From the human T2T-CHM13v2.0 reference genome, Homo sapiens, in NCBI RefSeq assembly GCF_009914755.1, contig NC_060927.1: a stretch of 64,000 nucleotides of DNA; one strand, given 5' to 3'. A program made the position numbers and the translations under genes. This document shows positions 61,345 through 64,000 of the stretch, piece after piece. Position 1 is the stretch's first letter, and each line of letters opens with the position of its first letter. The notes beneath the pieces are model-generated. The model did not search any database. It was not told the origin of the DNA and saw only the letters and a program-made list of their open reading frames with translations.

Positions 61345-64000
61345 ATTTTACTTCTTTTAAATTTATTGGGACTTTCTTATGGCCTAACATATGATCTGTC
61401 CTAGAGAAGGGAATGCACATATTTTTCCTTCTATGTGCATTTGAGGAAAACGTGTGTATTTTGTTGTTAGATGGAGTGTTCTATAGACGTGTGTTAGAGC
61501 TAGATAGTTTATAATATTGCTCAAGTTTTTTATTTCTTTGCTGATCTTCTGTCTAGTTGTTCTGACTGTTAGTGGTATATCAAAGTCTTCAACTATTATT
61601 GAATTGTCTACTATTACTTTCCATTCTGTCAGTTTTTGCATTATATATTTTGAGGCTGTGCTTTTAGGTTGCATATATGTTTATAATTACGACTTCCAGA
61701 CATAACTGACCCCTTTATCATTATAAAAATATCCTTCTTTGTCTCTAACAAAAATTTTTGTCTTAATGTCTATATTGTCTGATGTTAATATAGCCATACC
61801 AGTTCTCGTTTGGGTACTATTTTCATGGTATATATTTTTCCATTCTTTTACTTTCAATGTATTTGTACATTTGAATCTAAAGTGTGTACCTTGTAGATAT
61901 AGTTGGATCATATTTTTAAATTAATTTTTCCCAACTCCGTCTTTTAGTTGGAGTGTTTAATTCATTTATGTTTACTGTAACTGCCAATAAAGGTAATTGG
62001 TAGGTTTTACACCTGCCATTTTGCTATGTGCTTTATATAGGTCTTATGCCAACTTTGTTCCTTTGTTCCTCCATTACTGCCTTCTTTTGTGTTAAATGTA
62101 TTTAGTATGCCATTTTAATTCCCTCAGTGTGTGTGTGTCTGTGTGTGTGTGTGTGCGCGTGTGTGTGTGTGTGTGTGTGTGTGTTTTTATTATAGGGCAG
62201 GTCTACAAATAGAAAATTCTCTCTGTTTTTATCTGAGAATGTCTTGATTTCTTCTTCTTTTTTTTTTTTTTTTTTTTTTGAGACAGGGTCTTGCCCCGTC
62301 ACACAGGCTGGGGTGCTGTGGCACAATCATAGCTCACTGCCACCACAGTCTTCCCAGGCTCAAGCGATTCTCCCACCTCAGCCTCCCAAGTCATTGGGAC
62401 TACATGTGCACACCACCACACCAGCTAGTTTTTCTTTTTTTTTTTCTTTTTTTTTTTAAATTTATTGTTGTAGAGATGGGGTCTCGCTATGTTGCTCAGG
62501 CTAGTATCAAGTTCCTGGGCTCAAGCAATCCTCCCATCTCAGCCTCTCAAAGTGCTAGGATTACAGACATGAGCCACTGTGCTTTGCAGTTTCTTTAGTT
62601 TTGAATGGTAGTTTTGCTGGCTGTAGGATTCTTTGTTGATGGTCTTTCATTTCAGACTTTGAATATTTCTGCTGTCTGCCTTCTGGCCTCCACTATATCT
62701 GATGATGTCACCTTTTCATATTATTGAGGGTTGTTTGTTGTTTTTCTCTTGTTGCTTTCAAGATTCTCTTTATTTTTGGCTTTTGACACTTTTGATTCTA
62801 ATGTGGCTCTATGCGAATCTCTTTGATTTTATCCCCTGTAGAGTTTGTTGAGCTTCTTGGCTGTGTAAAGATTTTTTCATCAATTTTGGAAAGTTTTTGC
62901 CCATTATTTCTTCCCATTTCTCTTTCTCTTTTCCTTCTGGCACTACCACTGTGTGTGTGTTTATACCCTTAATGATGCCCCACAGGTATCTGAGGCTCTG
63001 TTCATTTGTCTTCATTCTTTTTTCTTTTTGTTTTTCCTACTTGAGATAATCTCAGTTAACTTGGCTTCAAATTTGCTGATTCTTCTGCTAGCTCAGATCT
63101 GCTGCTGAGCCCCTTTAGTGAATTTTTCATTTCAGTTATTGTATTCTTCAATCCTAGAATTTATATTCGGTGTACTTTAAGTAATTTCTACCCTTTTTGT
63201 TGGCATCCTCTATTTGGTGAGTCATTGTTCTTACACTTTCCTTTAATTCTTTAAGTGTGATTTCCTTCATTTCTTTGTTTAAAGTATTTTCCAAGCAAGT
63301 CCAATGTTTGAGCTACCTCAGGAAAAGTTTTTATTTACTTCTTTTTGCCCGTGTATGGGCCATACTTTCCTATTTTTTTATATCTTATAATATTTTGTTG
63401 AAAACTGGACATTTTAATTAATTTGGCAACTCTGGAAATCAGATCCCTTCCCCACATCCCCAGGGCTTGTTATTGTTGCTTTTTATTGCTTTATGTTGTT
63501 GATGATGCTTGTTTCTTTTTTTAGTGACATTATTGGACTCATTGCTTTTTGGGGTTTTTTTAGACAGGGTCTTGCTGTATTGCTCAGGCTGTAGTACAGT
63601 GATGTGATCAGAGCTCACTACAACCTTGCCTGGACTCAAGAAATCCTCCCACTTCAACCTGCTGAGTAGCTTGGATTACAGGCATGCACCACCACATGCA
63701 GCTAATTTTTTAATTTTTTGTAAAGATGGGGATCTTGCTATGTTTCCCAAGCTGGTTCCAAACTCCTGGCCTCAAGTGATCCTGTTGCCTCAGCCTCCCA
63801 AAGCACTAGGATTACAGATGTGAGCCACCATGCCTGGACCCATTCTTTAATATCTGTATTTTTTAACTATATGCAGTCACTAAAGTCTCCATGCAGTTAG
63901 TTAATGATCAGCTAATAACTGAACAGATATTTTCTTAAATGCCTTAAATCAATAACTCTCCGCATTTTGTAAAGTGTTTTTTTTATGTGTATGTGTTGGG
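61345..64000 (-). mobile_element. Old L1M 5' region (endonuclease/ORF1) with AluJ insertions at ~62250-62585 and ~63555-63840 and (TG)n at ~62128-62184
   Basis: Minus ORFs resembling L1 endonuclease (LQGTHFRFK..LKVKEWKNIYHEN) and ORF1 (EQSLRYLWGIIK..VVPEG). Confidence 0.75.

Overview
Primate, almost certainly human, genomic DNA from the middle of DOCK3 (dedicator of cytokinesis 3), transcribed on the + strand. Six coding exons splice in frame: 3148-3229, 16578-16748, 27237-27429, 31501-31628, 34030-34176 and 36528-36626, encoding ELIRCLKWYMDC...DNFQSKDELK. The rest is intron, mostly retroelements: a young 5'-truncated SVA, three near-full-length primate L1PA elements, a nested stack of older L1M/L1PB copies filling about 38.7-64 kb, around 30 Alus, MIR/L2 relics, MaLR and ERV1 LTR pieces and a MER30. 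Most ORFs in the supplied track are repeat-derived. I found no new gene or enzymatic system. The main observations are: (i) a ~0.3-0.4 kb gene-conversion tract, including a shared nonsense mutation, between two inverted L1s of different subfamilies that flank a DOCK3 exon; (ii) a spliced L1 insertion (SpIRE) whose 5'UTR intron was removed precisely; (iii) an SVA carrying an Alu tail inside its target-site duplication (TSD); (iv) an in-frame alternative 5' splice site toggling a 14-aa CxxC peptide of DOCK3, next to QKI and RBFOX motifs; (v) smaller transduction, templated-insertion and target-site-reuse scars. Repeat subfamily names are from recall of consensus sequences, and repeat boundaries are approximate.
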